Assembly: GCA_040954595.2 (NCBI GenBank)
Contig: CM082589.2
Span: 920,690-984,689, forward strand
DNA: 64,000 bases
Direction: 5' to 3'
Origin: Balanoglossus misakiensis
Lineage: Eukaryota; Animalia; Hemichordata
The translations under genes were made by a program, and so were the position numbers. This document shows, piece by piece, positions 50,143 through 63,869 of this stretch. Within the stretch, counting starts at the first letter, position 1. Each line of letters begins with the position of its first letter. The notes under the pieces are model-generated. The model did no database searches. It saw only the letters and a list, made by a program, of their open reading frames with translations, and had not been told where the DNA came from.

Positions 50143-52364
50143 CTATGCATTCTGGGAGTTACAGGGATGTACTGTGAAGTGTAATATACTGTCAAAGGGT
50201 GCTATTTATACAAACACTTAAGATTTCGCAGGTTATTATAGTTTCAGTTTCAAAGTTGCTGCCTTATCTATGATTTGTTTTGTCATTGGAATAATCTGGA
50301 ATGTTCCCCGCAGCCAATCCCAGATTTTCACTTCAGTGGCCGCACACACAAAAATTGCACAACTACACGGTCATCAGAAAAGTTAAACATGCCCTAATAA
50401 CCATATATGGGCATATGGAACGAAAAGGTATTCCTTTAAAGCAAGTCAAAAGCTCAGAAATTATGTAAAATATCTTTTTTGAATAATCGCAGTCTGCTGT
50501 TAAAGTTAGAGCTATCAAAATCAAAAACATATCTGAAGTGTAAAAAAGGCCAAGTTTCGTGTCCATTCTTTTTTCTACAATTATAATTTGAATGAAGTAG
50601 TGGTAATGGAAGGAGGGGGTATATTTGTAATCCAGATAAGTCGCTCATTAAAAAATGTAAATAACAATTTAGTAAGCTCAAAACAGTCAGTTACGTAAGA
50701 AAATGTTTTGAAAAATCATAGTTCAACATTCAAATAATTCCACCAATCATGTGCAATTTCAGTTCCAATTACAATTCTCAATTAGTAAAAATCTGTTTAT
50801 TTCATTGGGACTGACGTTGAGTTTGTGTACATGATGCACTCAAGTTAAACAAACCAATGCAAAAAACAACAACAAAGTGTCAACAGTTGTCAACTTCATT
50901 TACCAGGTGTACAGTCTGTTATAACCCAGTTTTAGTAGTAATATCATTTTCTGAGAATTCCATGCTCAACGTTGTTTGTGTGTTACAGTTACACCTTTAC
51001 TTATGTGTGGCCCCCCTAAGCCTGATCATTTGAAGTGCTGCACTAACTTAGGGAGTCACGCACAAATCTATGTTCACCAAGGGGGTCCCAACCCCTTACA
51101 TAGTTTATACAAACCTAGGGAGTTCGTAACAATTTTTACATACTTAATTTTTTTTAAGGACAGATACAAACAGAATTCGTAACATGACACCTAGGTAAGT
51201 TTGTGCTTTAAATATTTGGGCAAAAGTCGCAGTTTTTTTGACAATTTCTGAATTGCCTATAAGTTTGTAATAAGTTCATTTATTAATGGGTAAAAAGTAT
51301 AACTTGACAAAGGTAAGCTCTGTGAATAAGGACTTATTTTGCTTTTGACTTTTCTTTTTGTATTTTAAACATAAAATTTGTATTCCATAGTAATTATCAT
51401 TTAATTGTGCATGTAATATTTTTTATTGAGGTTTGATTCAACTGCTGCCATTATGCCATATAAAACATGTCCATTGCAACTCATTATATTTTCTCATAGC
51501 CTTTAGGTATGATCAAAAGCAGTTCTGAAACTCTGTTGACTTTCCTTCTTGAGCAGAGCCAAAGTCATGGACAAGGCACTTCTTAGAGCAAAAGTGTTAA
51601 TTATATCCGACTCCACAAGATGTGCCTTTTCTGAGTAGCATGGTCTCAGGCTAAGTGAAGTTGCAGATGTCATTATTAGGATGGTAAAAACAATGTGAGT
51701 GATTAAGTGATTTCAGTGACTATGTTTCTAACTCTGAAAGTTTTACTTGAAACAACTTGTGACCTCAAAACTGTATTCAGTACATTATGGTAGTAGTCAG
51801 GTGTTTAGTCACATGTCCATGTTTTCAGTAAAAAAATCTTTGATACTCTAAAATTCTAAAAAAAAAAGATCAGTTGGTGTCCCATTAGTTTGTAAGATAT
51901 GCAGGTGAATGTAGTTCTGGGTCAGAGGTCAAAGGGAAGTTCCCAGAATGCACTGGGGAGTCCAAAATGGTGGCACCGATGGTCGCATGGGATGAAATGT
52001 CCTCATTGTAAAAACTCAAATTCAAATCACGTCACAGGCTACTGGAATATCCAGTTTTCATTTACTTGTTTCACTTTGACTTTGTGTGAGCAGAAATGTC
52101 AATGCAGTTTTTTTCTCTCTCGAGTTCACAGTTACACAGACATGTCTTGTGTCAAAGGTTACATTGATGTCAGGTCATACTTCCTTGAACAGCACACTTT
52201 CTGTCCTGTAGATTTTTACCATGGCAACGGACTGAAATACTGAATGAGTTTACATGGCAACAATTTTCAGTCACCTTGCAATTTCAGTGGAACTTTTCAG
52301 TAAAGCATTTCTTTTATAAATAACTTTCTTGTTTCAGGTCTTGATGTATTGCCTAGATGCCCTG

Positions 52365-52366
<2 letters not shown>

Positions 52367-52404
<38 letters not shown>
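52367..52404. repeat. (CA)n microsatellite
   Basis: About 19 CA units between the FAK and TIR gene 3' ends. Confidence 0.92.
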
Positions 52405-52406
<2 letters not shown>

Positions 52407-53707
52407 CCAGACACTTCATCCTACAAGAGTACCTTTTCCTCTTACTTGTTGACAAAGAAAGAGAAAACACCAAGCTGTAAACAGATGAAGATCTTTATTT
52501 TGACTTCTCTTATCAAACACACACATGGTTGTCATGGACACAAAAACTTCAAAGCAAAACAAACTTGCAATACTGTACATACAGAATCCGACATGTAATA
52601 AAAAGTTTCTAGAATATTTACAGGAAATTGTTTAAGAACAACATGTATAAATGGGAAGACAGGATATCGCACACATATTTGTCGATTGAGATTTTCAAAA
52701 TATAGAATCTCTAATGCTGTGTTTCTAACAACAGGTCAAGTATAACATCACATCTGCTCGAAATACTACAGGTCAGTGTTTTAATTAATGTATTAAGCAA
52801 CTCACATTGACAGTGCCAATACATAAGCAATAATATGATCTTGATTGCTATGGCAACAATCTGATGAGTTTAATTAGCAAATTTTACAAATTTTGAATCA
52901 TATTTACACATTCTGGAAAAAAAGCCACTCCATATTTTATAAAGTAAAAATGTAACAAGTTTTCATACATCATATCACATAGTGTAAATACTATTTTCTC
53001 TTTGTTTGCTAGTCATGTTTTTAATATTTGAAGTACTTAAAATCTGACACAAACATCTGCATGTTCAACACATTGGGTCTACCCCCAATAAATTATGGGG
53101 GAAGTATATTTCGCCCGTATATATTTTGCTGTCTGTTACAGCTGTACCATTATTCTATTTCAGCAGCAAACTTCTCATGGTATGCACAGATCACTTCTAT
53201 GATGTAGCAGTTATGTACAACAAGTCTTTAAAATAACTGATATGCAAGGAAACTGTAAATTCCATACTATGAACCCCTTTTGTTTGGAATATCATACATG
53301 TACTGATCCAACTAAAAGCTTTGTAATGTACACACAATCAACACAAACGTAGAAGGCAAATTTATCATTATTTGCAGGTATCAAAATTCATGTAAAAATT
53401 CTCAATCTTTTCGTGCTGTGATACAGTCCACCTACACAGGTTACCCTCTCCCTACTCTCTCAGTATTTTGACCCCATATACAAAAACCCCACAGTAACAC
53501 AATGGCAACATCATGGATGCCTACATGTACAACAGAATCCTATATAAAGATGTCCTTACAGACATATTCTGTATTGCATATGGACGGTGTAACAAGTTCT
53601 GAGTATTCCAGTTTCCCTGGTTGAAGGACGGTTTCATTTCAGTTGTGAATTCTCTTCCCTCACTATCAAACATCCACTTATTCCATGATGGACGAGTGGG
53701 ATGATAT

Positions 53708-56700
53708 TCACATCATGGGCGGTTTTTCATTCATGACTTTCCTGATTCTGTCCAGGACCTGATGGAAATTCTGTTTGTAGAGTTTGTCGTTGCTCAGATC
53801 AATCTGCACAGTCCTGGCCAGCATCTTCTTGATACTGGGCTGTGCCGTGTCTGGCGGCCATGCTACAAACCTCAGTAAGATAGGAACAATCGGTTTGTTG
53901 AGGTGATCAGCCAGCGTTAAGTCCTTAATACAGTTATCCGATTGGATGTACCGAGGTGTGATGCAGCAGATAACGACAGCAGCTGATTTCATGTTCCGTT
54001 GTATCGTCATATGCAACGTCTCGGCCGGTGGTTCGTTGTGGAGACCAGCTGATCCTCTCGCACTAATGCTGCTATGCCCCCTCTGGGCCATGGTGGGACT
54101 GATATCGGCCCAACATGGAAGTCCGTTGGCTTCAAGTACTCTTCTGATTTCCTGGACTTTCGTCTGCATATCCCACTGATAACTGATGAATACTTTCGGT
54201 TCAACTACTTCTTCATTGAAAGACAATGCTGAAACAAGAAAGAATTACACATAAATGATGCAAAATCAAAAAACTTCCAAATAATGTCATAGGTCGCCAG
54301 GAGGTCACCAGGGGTCAGAGTGCAAAGGTGAGAGTAATTCTCAGTTCAAGACTGACCTGTGGATGCAGCCAACACTTGCAGTGGTTTCAGTCCGTCTGCC
54401 ATTCTGTTGAGATAGGCTTGTTCCAAGACAACACCAGGGACTTTGCGCAGCGGTTTGATCTGATGTTCTAACACGTCCATACTCTCCGAGTACATCTTAG
54501 TTTCAAAGTCAACAGCTGGGCATTCACCTGCAATTCATAAAAAATAATGTAAGTCTGTGTTTCTTCTTCTAATCTCATATTTGACATTAGCTTCAGGCCT
54601 TTCTTGTGAAATCGAAACAAGTTTCTTCCCGAATGAGACTTCTCCTACCTAGAACAGCTTTCATGGACGGTCTGAATTTCTGCCACACATTCTTGAACAT
54701 TGCCGTGACGATCATCTTTCCCAGCCAATCAGCAAAGAGCACCTCATGGAAGACAAATGGAGATGATGATGCTGCTTCTGTCATGACGATAACCACATGT
54801 TTGACCGTTGCTATGTGCGGTCCATTGACTTGGAGAAACTCATCCTTGGATTGGCCGAGCTTCTCATGTGACAAGACCTGTGAAGAGGTAATACATTTAT
54901 TGTTTTAGATTCTGGCCATCCTATCAATAACAGAGATAACATTTGTAACATTTCTGTAAAAGGCAGTGCCCACTGTAAGCAGAAATCAAATATGACCTGA
55001 TGTTAGTTGAACATAAGCTCCTAAACATCCCATTTCTGACAAATATATTAATGCACTAATGATCAATACACCAGTAAACAAGTCCACTGCTCAATTTCCC
55101 AAAGTCACTCCATTCACGTCCACAATTCCAAATATTTTATTTCAGCGCCACACAGGTACTTCATCATTCACACTTGCACCATAAACAATTGATAGTTGTC
55201 TGAAGCCACTCATGAGAAATCTAAACAAGTCTATAACGCACACAGCGTCCATTCAGTCTTTGTTGATATTATTGATTAGGAAATACCTCTGATTGTAAAG
55301 ACGGGCATCGATCAAAGGCTGAAAGCCCACACAATTGATACTTTGTTTACGACACTATCAGTCCTTCAGAAATATTTTCTCTCCACCCAAGTCAACAGAC
55401 TTGCTAAGTTCATATCCAGTATTTTTTCATTCTGAAATATCCATGCGATATGATGGAAAGATAAGGATGTCGGAACTTGCAGCCTTGTCAGTTTATCACC
55501 ATTGCATATTAGTTTCAAATACCCAAATCCTAAAATGACGAGGAATAATATTGGGTTGAACATGGAAGCTTAGGAGCACTGTGTACAGATATTACTGACA
55601 GATGTGCAAATTTCTATTACTAATATTTTTGAGAAGCAGTGTTCTGATTCACATTGTGAACAGAGCTACCAGTTACGAGACAGAGTCCACCTTTATAGAT
55701 CCTGAGTTCATTTGTATAGGCAATGTGGTGACCTGTGTTACCTACCCAGGTGACCTGTAACCACGGTGTTGACCTCACGGTCAGCTAGTACGCTGTGGGA
55801 ATACATAGCAATGAGTCAATAGTTGATTAGTCTGGGTATGTGCAGCTAATAAATAATAAACAGTACTTAATTGTAACCTGGTTGCGTATCTTATGCCTGA
55901 TTAAGTCGTCTGCACTATACATTGTATTGTTTCTTCTTTTTTGCCTGTAACCCTACTGTAACATTCATGCTCTGCATGTTACATGTTAGTTTGTATGTGG
56001 CAGCATTGACAACTCTAAGTTGTTCATCCCTAACAAGTACATGCATGCCATTGCACTAGAAGTAGTACATGTAATTGGAGGTATCTGTGGTCTATAGTCT
56101 CTTCATAATAGAACTTCTCCACAATGAATGAAAAGGGACTGAAAGAAAACTCAATTGTACATGACATCTCCGTTCAGCCCAACCGCAATACAATCGAGAG
56201 TCACCTCAGAATACATGGCCATCAACAATCAGAAAAAGCTATCAACAAAAGTGGAATGGATGCCAAACTTGAGTTGCCTTGAACAATCTGATTGCAAACA
56301 ACAATGGTAGACACTGGACCTTTCTAGTGCCGCGTGAAAGCCAGTGATGGCGGGAGGGCAATGGCTGTAGTACCTGTACTTGTAAAAGCTGTTTACTTTA
56401 AGAAGATTTCAAAAGTGTGTACATGTACAGCAAGCAGGTTGATATGTGTGAGAGAATGAAGAACTTTGATACCATTGGCAAACCGTCTCTAAACAGTTCC
56501 TATGACAACCGTGCAAACCTTGACATTTCCTGACCATGAAAATGCACAATAGATAGAACTCATCACAAACAACTTCTGCAGACATGTATGTACCAGTAAA
56601 TGGCTTGAAATGTAACCACAGATTTCAAGCTACAGAGTCACTCAGATTGTTGTGTGCAAATATAACTGCAAACTCCAAACAGCAAATGACTCAGTCAATA

Positions 56701-59700
56701 CACCTCAAGCACCTGAACTCCCATATATTTTGAAGTTTCATTTACTCAGGAAGTAACCACTGCACAGTTGCTTGCTATCGGCAATGTTAACATGTCTCCA
56801 TGGAAACCCATCAAACAAAGTCACTCTTCAACCACCTGTTTGATTCGCCGAGCATGTCGTGTTATTTACATACTTGGTCTACCCCCTTTCCTGAGCACAC
56901 ATTGAACTGACTTCCAGTACACTAACAAAATATTTATCTTCATGAACATGTTGTTGGGTAGTCTTTATCTCAGCTGATTCTTAAAATGATGATGTCACTG
57001 ATAAATCAGATAGTAGGGATCTCAGTAACACATTAAAATACCACAGTGGATCTGTCAGATACATGTATATTTGTCTGTCAGTCTGTGTGTTGGTTTGCCT
57101 CTATCTATTTATCTGTGTCTCGGACTGTCTGTCTGTCTCTCCTGTCTGTGTCTGTCTGTCTATCTATCTGTGTCTCTGTCTGTCTGTCTCTCTCTCTAGT
57201 TCTGAAGCATGTGTTTGACTGTCATGTATGACACTTTTAATTCTGATGCTATGTACATGTACAAGTAAACATACAGACCCACAGAAAACAGACAGAGCCA
57301 GCTGTGCTATCAGTTTGTTTACAGTTAGCAAAGATTTCAGGGTTTGTGACCAACATGGACTGATCCATGGGGTCTGTACTTTCTAAACACCCATTCTGTC
57401 ACCAAATACTTACACTGAGATTGTGGTAAACATGGCTATGAGATGGAATCTATTGTTCTGTAACAATACCATTTCAATCTCAACAGAACTGGCCATTCGT
57501 ACATCCACTAGAACTGATAGTCGGCACCCAATGTGGATGTAAAAACCGTGAAATTGCAAGCAGCTCAGGAATGCAATTTATAATCTCGGATGTTAACGTT
57601 TTCAAAATATGTTAAAAGGTCTATTTTCTATCTGAATTAGACCATTACATGCATTAAAATGGCTCTAAATGGTTGCCATGACTACAGGATTACAAATGTA
57701 TCCAATGTGGTATTGTTACTGAAGAGCTGTTTGCAGGGTGCTATTGAGTTACTATGTTATTGTGTGGTATTCTGAAGTGGTCAGTTTATACACCACTGGC
57801 ATCAAACTCTAATTTTTTTTTCAAAAAGAAAGTGGGCTATGTTGCTTTACGGAATATATATCAACTTCAGTTGTTGTCAAATATCGACTGATTATTTTTT
57901 CTGGTACAATGTACATGTACCCTTTGATCTGACTGCATGATTCAGTTGTGAATCGATCTTCTGTCACCTCCAACCCGAACCATTAATCGGAGGGTCATGG
58001 CTGGGGTTTATAGGGGGATAAGGGGAGAGGCTGGCATGACTATTTCAGTCTAGACTGCCTGCCAGGCCACTCACAGTTTGCGTGACACTACATCATATTC
58101 TGCAACTAAAACGAAGTCATTAAAACTCTTTAGTTACTACGCAGCCACCCATCCATCATTCATTTCAACCATAACGGTAATAGCCTAAACGTACAAGTGA
58201 GCACTTTTCCTTTTAACTGTTGCAAAGTAATTTATAGCACACGTTTCCTTAACAATTCATAAATAACATTTTTCATCTGATGGGAACTGTAAAGGAACAA
58301 TCACTGTAACTTCCTTTTTACATGTACTGATTCTATGCATGTGTTTGGCTGAGGATTCGTTCATTATACATTAGATAAATACATGCACTGTTCCTTATAT
58401 TTCAGGTCCACCAATACTTCACTAAGAAACAATGGACAGTGTACGGTGATCGGAAACCTTGCCCTTGTATGTACAAAGCCGTTTTTATTTACATCCACAA
58501 CATATTGAAAGCCAACAGTACCCCCTCGTAGCTCATTAGCAGCAGGCAGGAGTGTTAGGTAGCCAAGGGGAGAATATACTCCTATTATAAATGTACCACC
58601 ACCCAGTGTGTACATAGCAACACAGTTATTTTGAAAGGCTGCACTGAAGTCAAGTTGGCGTATCCAGGTGAAAGATACATTTAGCAATGACCTCATGAAA
58701 AACTCTGATAGCATTGCTATTGACAAAACCCACAACTCTAATCCAATCAAAGCATGGCCACTTCCCAACACCACAGATACATACATTGGTCTGTAAATCT
58801 ACTTCAGAAAACCAGTTCAACACAGAGTGATTCTGAATGTACTTTGAAATGCAATAAAAGAACTAATTTAATTTTCTCTCAGGATTTACACAACTAATAA
58901 ATATCTGTCGTGATAATTCTATTAATTGCCGGGAGAAATTGCATTGGAAATCGTTTATTAGTTGTGCTTGAATCAATATTCAAGGCATGCTGGGAAAATC
59001 AAACACTTCCATTATGAAAGTCCAGACTGCAATTGTCACCAAAAAAGAAGCTGAACTTTGCATCTCAAATTCAAGGAGAACAAGAAACCAAGCCTAAAAG
59101 GGAGTTGATTCCCAGATCAGAAATGTTTAAAACTCATCTAAACATTTACAAACTTACTGGAGGTTTTTGGTGGTATATTTATGCATGGTAGCAACTCATG
59201 TTTCTGAATTGTGTATTTATATAAACATGTGCCATATTTGCGATTACTCAAAGACATTTCCGCATTCAAAGATTTCATTATTTTTCAAATAAAGTCACAC
59301 AGAACTATTTGCCACTGAGGCAACAAGGACTTAACACAGACTTAAACAGAAGTTTAATACAATCCTTCTCTATACACTGTAACTTAGACTTTAATATACA
59401 AGCAAGCTAACATACCACAGCCTCCGGTGGTTTCTACCCAACCAAAGCTTCAAATACAATACCTTATTTCTTTCCTTCTATTCTTCCTTCATTCAAAAGA
59501 AAAAATCTCTGAAACAGTGTATCCTTAGATCCGCAAAGCAATTTAGGTCAGGTTGGCATTTTTGGGGGGTATTTTACTGCATTACAATACAAGTCTTTTC
59601 ACCCCCAACAACATAACAAGGTTCAGTTTTGGATTTTACAAGAACATACAGGTCAGACACGCCTCCATCAATACACACACGTATAAAGCTTCCATTTGTG

Positions 59701-62280
59701 TGGCGACCTGACCTTATTAGACTACACTCGGCTGCGTTCGATCCTCGAGGGGACCATCTCTGAATCCATTCCAGGTTTCTCCCTTAATGACGTACCTGTC
59801 GCCCTAACAACACCGATTTGTCAGTTTATTTCCCATGGCCATTGCACTACCTTTTCAATCGGATAACTTTTTAAACCGCCTTCCTCAAGGCGACAAATGC
59901 ATTTACGACTTGTAATCGGTTTTATCGCTTCTTAAACATTTCCACCACATTCAACCACCGTTTCCTTTGAGACAAACTTTGAGTAATTAGGTTTATTTTG
60001 GCAGCTTTCAGTCTTTGCCCTATTGTGGTCTTCTTTGACAAGCTATACACAATGTTTACCCATTTTGTTAGAACTGAAGTTTGCCTGGTCCTAGATTGAT
60101 TGTATATGTGTATAATTTGAACAACACTATTGTGTCCCTGTATTTTACTGTATCCATGACAATATTTCTGATTAATGTTGAGTGTCTAAACTAACATTGT
60201 TTGTAATAGCTACATTATCTAATCTAAGGCCATGAGATTAACCAACAGGATATGATTATTCAATGATATGATAGCTGAGTGATAAAACATTTATTGGTTC
60301 TGCAAGGATAACCTTCACAGTTAGAACACAGACTGATGTAGCCATCACTCCACTGTTTATAAAATATAATGTATTAGTCAGATTTCTGCTTTATTGTGTG
60401 CAGATACCACAGATGTACTAAGTGTCTTGTCCAATGTACAAGTTGGTAACGTCACTCAGCAGGTGTCCCAAATATTACACACCTACGTACCAGAGCCCAC
60501 AAGACAACTTAACCCAAAGTTAATTCTGTTTCCATTACATGCCTAGAATGTCAATACTGACAGCCAGTGTCATGTCTATTTCTTTTGTGAATGTGTTTCT
60601 TTCAGTAAGAAATGTCTAAACATGAATGAACAGGAGCGTGTTGTGTTTAAGCACTTAAATCTTGGGGATCAAGCTGTATAAGAAATTCCAATCTCTATTC
60701 TCTCAGTGCTCTGGTATTTTCAGCAATGTTTGATTTACAAGCAGTGGAATGCTTCAGACTTTAACAAGTGTTGTGTAATTTTATTTCAACACCTGGTCTC
60801 TTACCTGTAGGTTTTTCTTTCTCAGATCTTGTTTCAAGTTCTGAGCCAACCTGACATCCGTTGGATCGTAGACCAAATAAACACTATCAGGTCTTGCTCG
60901 GACAGTCCTTGCTCTCAGGTGCCAGTTATCCGGCATTTTGTGTTCCCTCTCCAGAATAGACAAGATCTGTTGCAAGATTTTCTTGCGGACAACCCTGCTA
61001 TCAATGGCCAGCAGATCTTGCATATCACTATCCATAATCGACATCAACAGAAACCCATCCACTTGGTTTTCTGCAAAGCTTTGTCGGTAAAACTCTCGCA
61101 CTCCCAAGTTAAACAGCCATTCTTGTAGATCATACTGTGTCCACTGACAGATTTTTTTCTTCTTGTACTCCCCGGTGAATTCATTCGGTGAATCAACCTG
61201 GTGGAGAGGCACATTCACGTAAGCAAACTGCTCCAGCTTCTCCATCAGGTTGCCAACGACAACAGAGGTCTTCTCCGCGATGCTGGTCTTTGCGTGAGCA
61301 CCGGTCAGATCCACAAGCTCGTGCAGAAACTCATTGTACATTCTGGGTATCTCAGTTTGATTGTACAAGATCAGGAAAATGCGTGGCACGGTAGATCCCG
61401 ACCCAACCCTTTCAAGCAAACATCGACCCTCATAGATGGACACCGGACACTGAAAGTAACTTTCCGACAAGAAACAAACTGCAGCTCTACATTTCTCGAC
61501 CGCTTCCATCCTTTGAGAAAACCACGATGGACTGTCTGTGTTTTTCTCATCTTTATCAAACCAGATATCTTCGCTGAGATTATTTTCCTTCAACTGTCTC
61601 ACAGTTTCACTGACAAACTTTCTCTCAGAGAAACTCGCATCCGGGGAGTAAGAAATATAGATGCACTTCTTCATCTTTTTACCATGAGTCTTCCTCTGCG
61701 GTGCGGCAGGTGTTTTTGACTGTATCGTCTTCTCCATCTTCTTTGCTTCCTTCATCACGATCTGTTCTATATTTGCTGCTTGCACTGCATCGATGTGGTC
61801 AGTCTCTGTTGGACCTTTCTTTTTGCCAACTGTTGGATCACTTTTGCTTTTCGGGATACCGTCTCCGACAGTGTCCTTAGCTTCACCCATGTCCGTTTCA
61901 CCGGCAGTTTCTGTCCGATCGTTCTCATGGTGACCGTTTTCTCGCGTCTCCTGTGATTTTTGGCCTTCCTGGCCACTTGGGGCATCCCCTTCACCCATCT
62001 CCCCACCTTTTAATGAGCTCTGATCGTTTCGATCGCTTTCAGCTTGCTGGCGATCGCTGTCGATGTTATTTTGCTGTGGGGTTATCACAACAGGATCGAC
62101 AGGTGCACCACTTGTACTGTTATGAGCGTTCTCGTCAGCAGGTTGTTCTGCTAAAGTTGCTACCTTCTCGTCTGTCTGTTCTGTGTTGCTGTCAGCTATA
62201 TTATCGACCTTACCGTCGTTCTCATTTTCTTCTGCTTTCTGATTGTCAGTCACTTCTTGATCTTCGCCAGTTTTGCTCAT
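53708..62280 (-). CDS. Uncharacterized TIR-SAM-TIR-TIR protein (TIR_2-type domains), 4 coding exons, about 798 aa
   Basis: Exons 62280-60805, 54877-54649, 54527-54357 and 54228-53708 have GT-AG boundaries and total 2397 nt in one frame. After a disordered acidic N-terminus come TIR1 (IYISYS...IWFD...AAVCFLSESYFQCPVSIYE), SAM (WTQYDLQEWLFNLGV..YRQSFAENQVDGFLL...DMQDLLAI...RKKILQQI), TIR2 (VYLVY...VVIVMTEAASSSPFVFHEV) and TIR3 (VFISYQWD...CWAD...VICCITPRYIQSDNCIKDL...KPIVPIL). An in-frame upstream ATG at 62385 is an alternative start. Confidence 0.85.
57070..57197. repeat. Imperfect (TCTG/TCTA/TC)n microsatellite in the large intron of the TIR gene
   Basis: GTCTGTCTGTCTCTCCTGTCTGTGTCTGTCTGTCTATCTATCTGTG... 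Confidence 0.8.
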
Positions 62281-63262
62281 TTTCAGCGCGTCGATCACGC
62301 TGTCCGATTGACCGCCACCATGTAGTAATGCTGTACGCCGTACGCTTAGAAACCAAACACTGTCAAGTTGCTTATGAATATTCAATTACTTATTTTTTGC
62401 TCACTAATGACCTGATGGTACCCCAACCGTAAACAAAATACACGCAGATTAACATGAAGTAAGAAAGTGACAACATCATGAAACATAATCAGACACTCTT
62501 ATAGTTTAATTATGACATCGCATTATTTTTTATTTAATTGCTGATTGATAATGTTCAAAAAACAATGCTTTTACCCTCTCATACTCACAGCAAACGCCGG
62601 CAACAAAACGCATGAGCTCTTCCTTGTAGTATCTCACCTCCTACTGAAATGGTTACATGAAATGCTATCTCGTTTGCTCACGTGGGATTTTGCGAGACCC
62701 TGGTGATTCTATTTTTAGCAATCAATGAATCATTCAGATATGATTTTATAAACCTATATATTATCGTACGCGTGATTTCTTTCGTGAAATAGTTGTGAAA
62801 TAAAACCACACGTCTTCACATATTTACAGTATGACTGTGATCACTGTTGAAATTTGACCTATTTTGTAACTTTCACTGATTATAAATCGGCTATTCTGAT
62901 TGGCTTATAGTGGATCACCAGAGAATACAGCAATGTGATTGGGTTACATCACCGGGTGACCTGAGGTCATCTTATCGAGGTTATAGCAGTCGAAATTTCT
63001 TGACAGTGGCATAACAACCGAAGAAATGGGAATATCTACTGTGTTTTGACCCCCAAAATTGGCACATTTTGGCCTTCAGCAAGGACTTGAAGTATCATCC
63101 GAAGTCACAGGACCAACGCTGTAAAATTCAGAAGAGACGGTAGTTTTATAATCAACGCGTGACCAGACAACATTTCATAAGTCATAACTCGATATTTACA
63201 CAACTTCCTTATTTTTACGTTTTGACCAGTCTGAAACAAGTTATTTACAAAACTGCCTCAAT

Positions 63263-63361
63263 ATGTTTTCATTCATGGACCCCCAAATTGCAGCTGCAGT
63301 TTCCATATTCTTTGCTATTGGATTTTTCCTGTATGTGATATTTGGAAATCCGAAAGAAAAG
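63263..63361 (+). CDS. Candidate first coding exon encoding a single transmembrane segment
   Basis: ATG at 63263 or 63275 gives MFSFMDPQIAAAVSIFFAIGFFLYVIFGNPKEK, ending at a strong donor AAG|GTGAGT. It is divergent from the TIR gene. The downstream exon is uncertain. Confidence 0.45.
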
Positions 63362-63785
63362 GTGAGTAACTTAATTTGTTGATTTCATATTGTAAAAAAA
63401 TGTAAGTTTTTGAATAAATAATTGTATCAATATCAGTATTGTCATTGTCAAGATGAGTTATTACATATACACAATGAACAAAATCTTTTCATACTCATTT
63501 TTATTCCTCGAATGTAGCAATGATTGTCAAGACTAAATGTGGAAGTCTATACATTAGTATGTTACATCATTGATAGCACCACATTTTGACAGGTATAGCG
63601 GTTGTACATCTAAATCACCTACGCAACACGCCGACGGTGCATGGTCTTGTCACATGGATAGCTCATGACACTGGCTACTGCGTACGTGTGGTTTGGAATA
63701 TCAACTCCTATTCTGATCAAAATATATTATAAAAACTGTTGTATATATACATGTATAAGAAATGTAGCACATACACCAAATACTA

Positions 63786-63869
63786 TAGCCCTGCATACAG
63801 CCAGGTCTGTGTTTTCCCGGTATTACACATACACCGGGAACACACGGACCTAGGCCGTATGCAGGGCTA
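63786..63869. mobile_element. 84-bp near-perfect inverted repeat (MITE-like or hairpin)
   Basis: Left arm TAGCCCTGCATACAGCCAGGTCTGTGTTTTCCCGGT (63786-63821). The reverse complement of the right arm (63833-63869) is TAGCCCTGCATACGGCCTAGGTCCGTGTGTTCCCGGT. The loop is 11 nt, with TA at both ends. Confidence 0.7.

Noticed and set aside
58364-58786. 140-aa ORF in the TIR gene's large intron
   Set aside because: No motif and no convincing in-phase splice sites. The flanking exons already join in frame within TIR2.
61201-62432. 172-aa and 159-aa plus-strand ORFs
   Set aside because: They are antisense to the TIR-SAM exon and have no recognisable motifs.
62956-62968. Palindrome TGACCTGAGGTCA (similar to TAACCTGAGGTCA near 3360)
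   Set aside because: AGGTCA half-sites are abundant throughout the window, so function cannot be supported from sequence alone.
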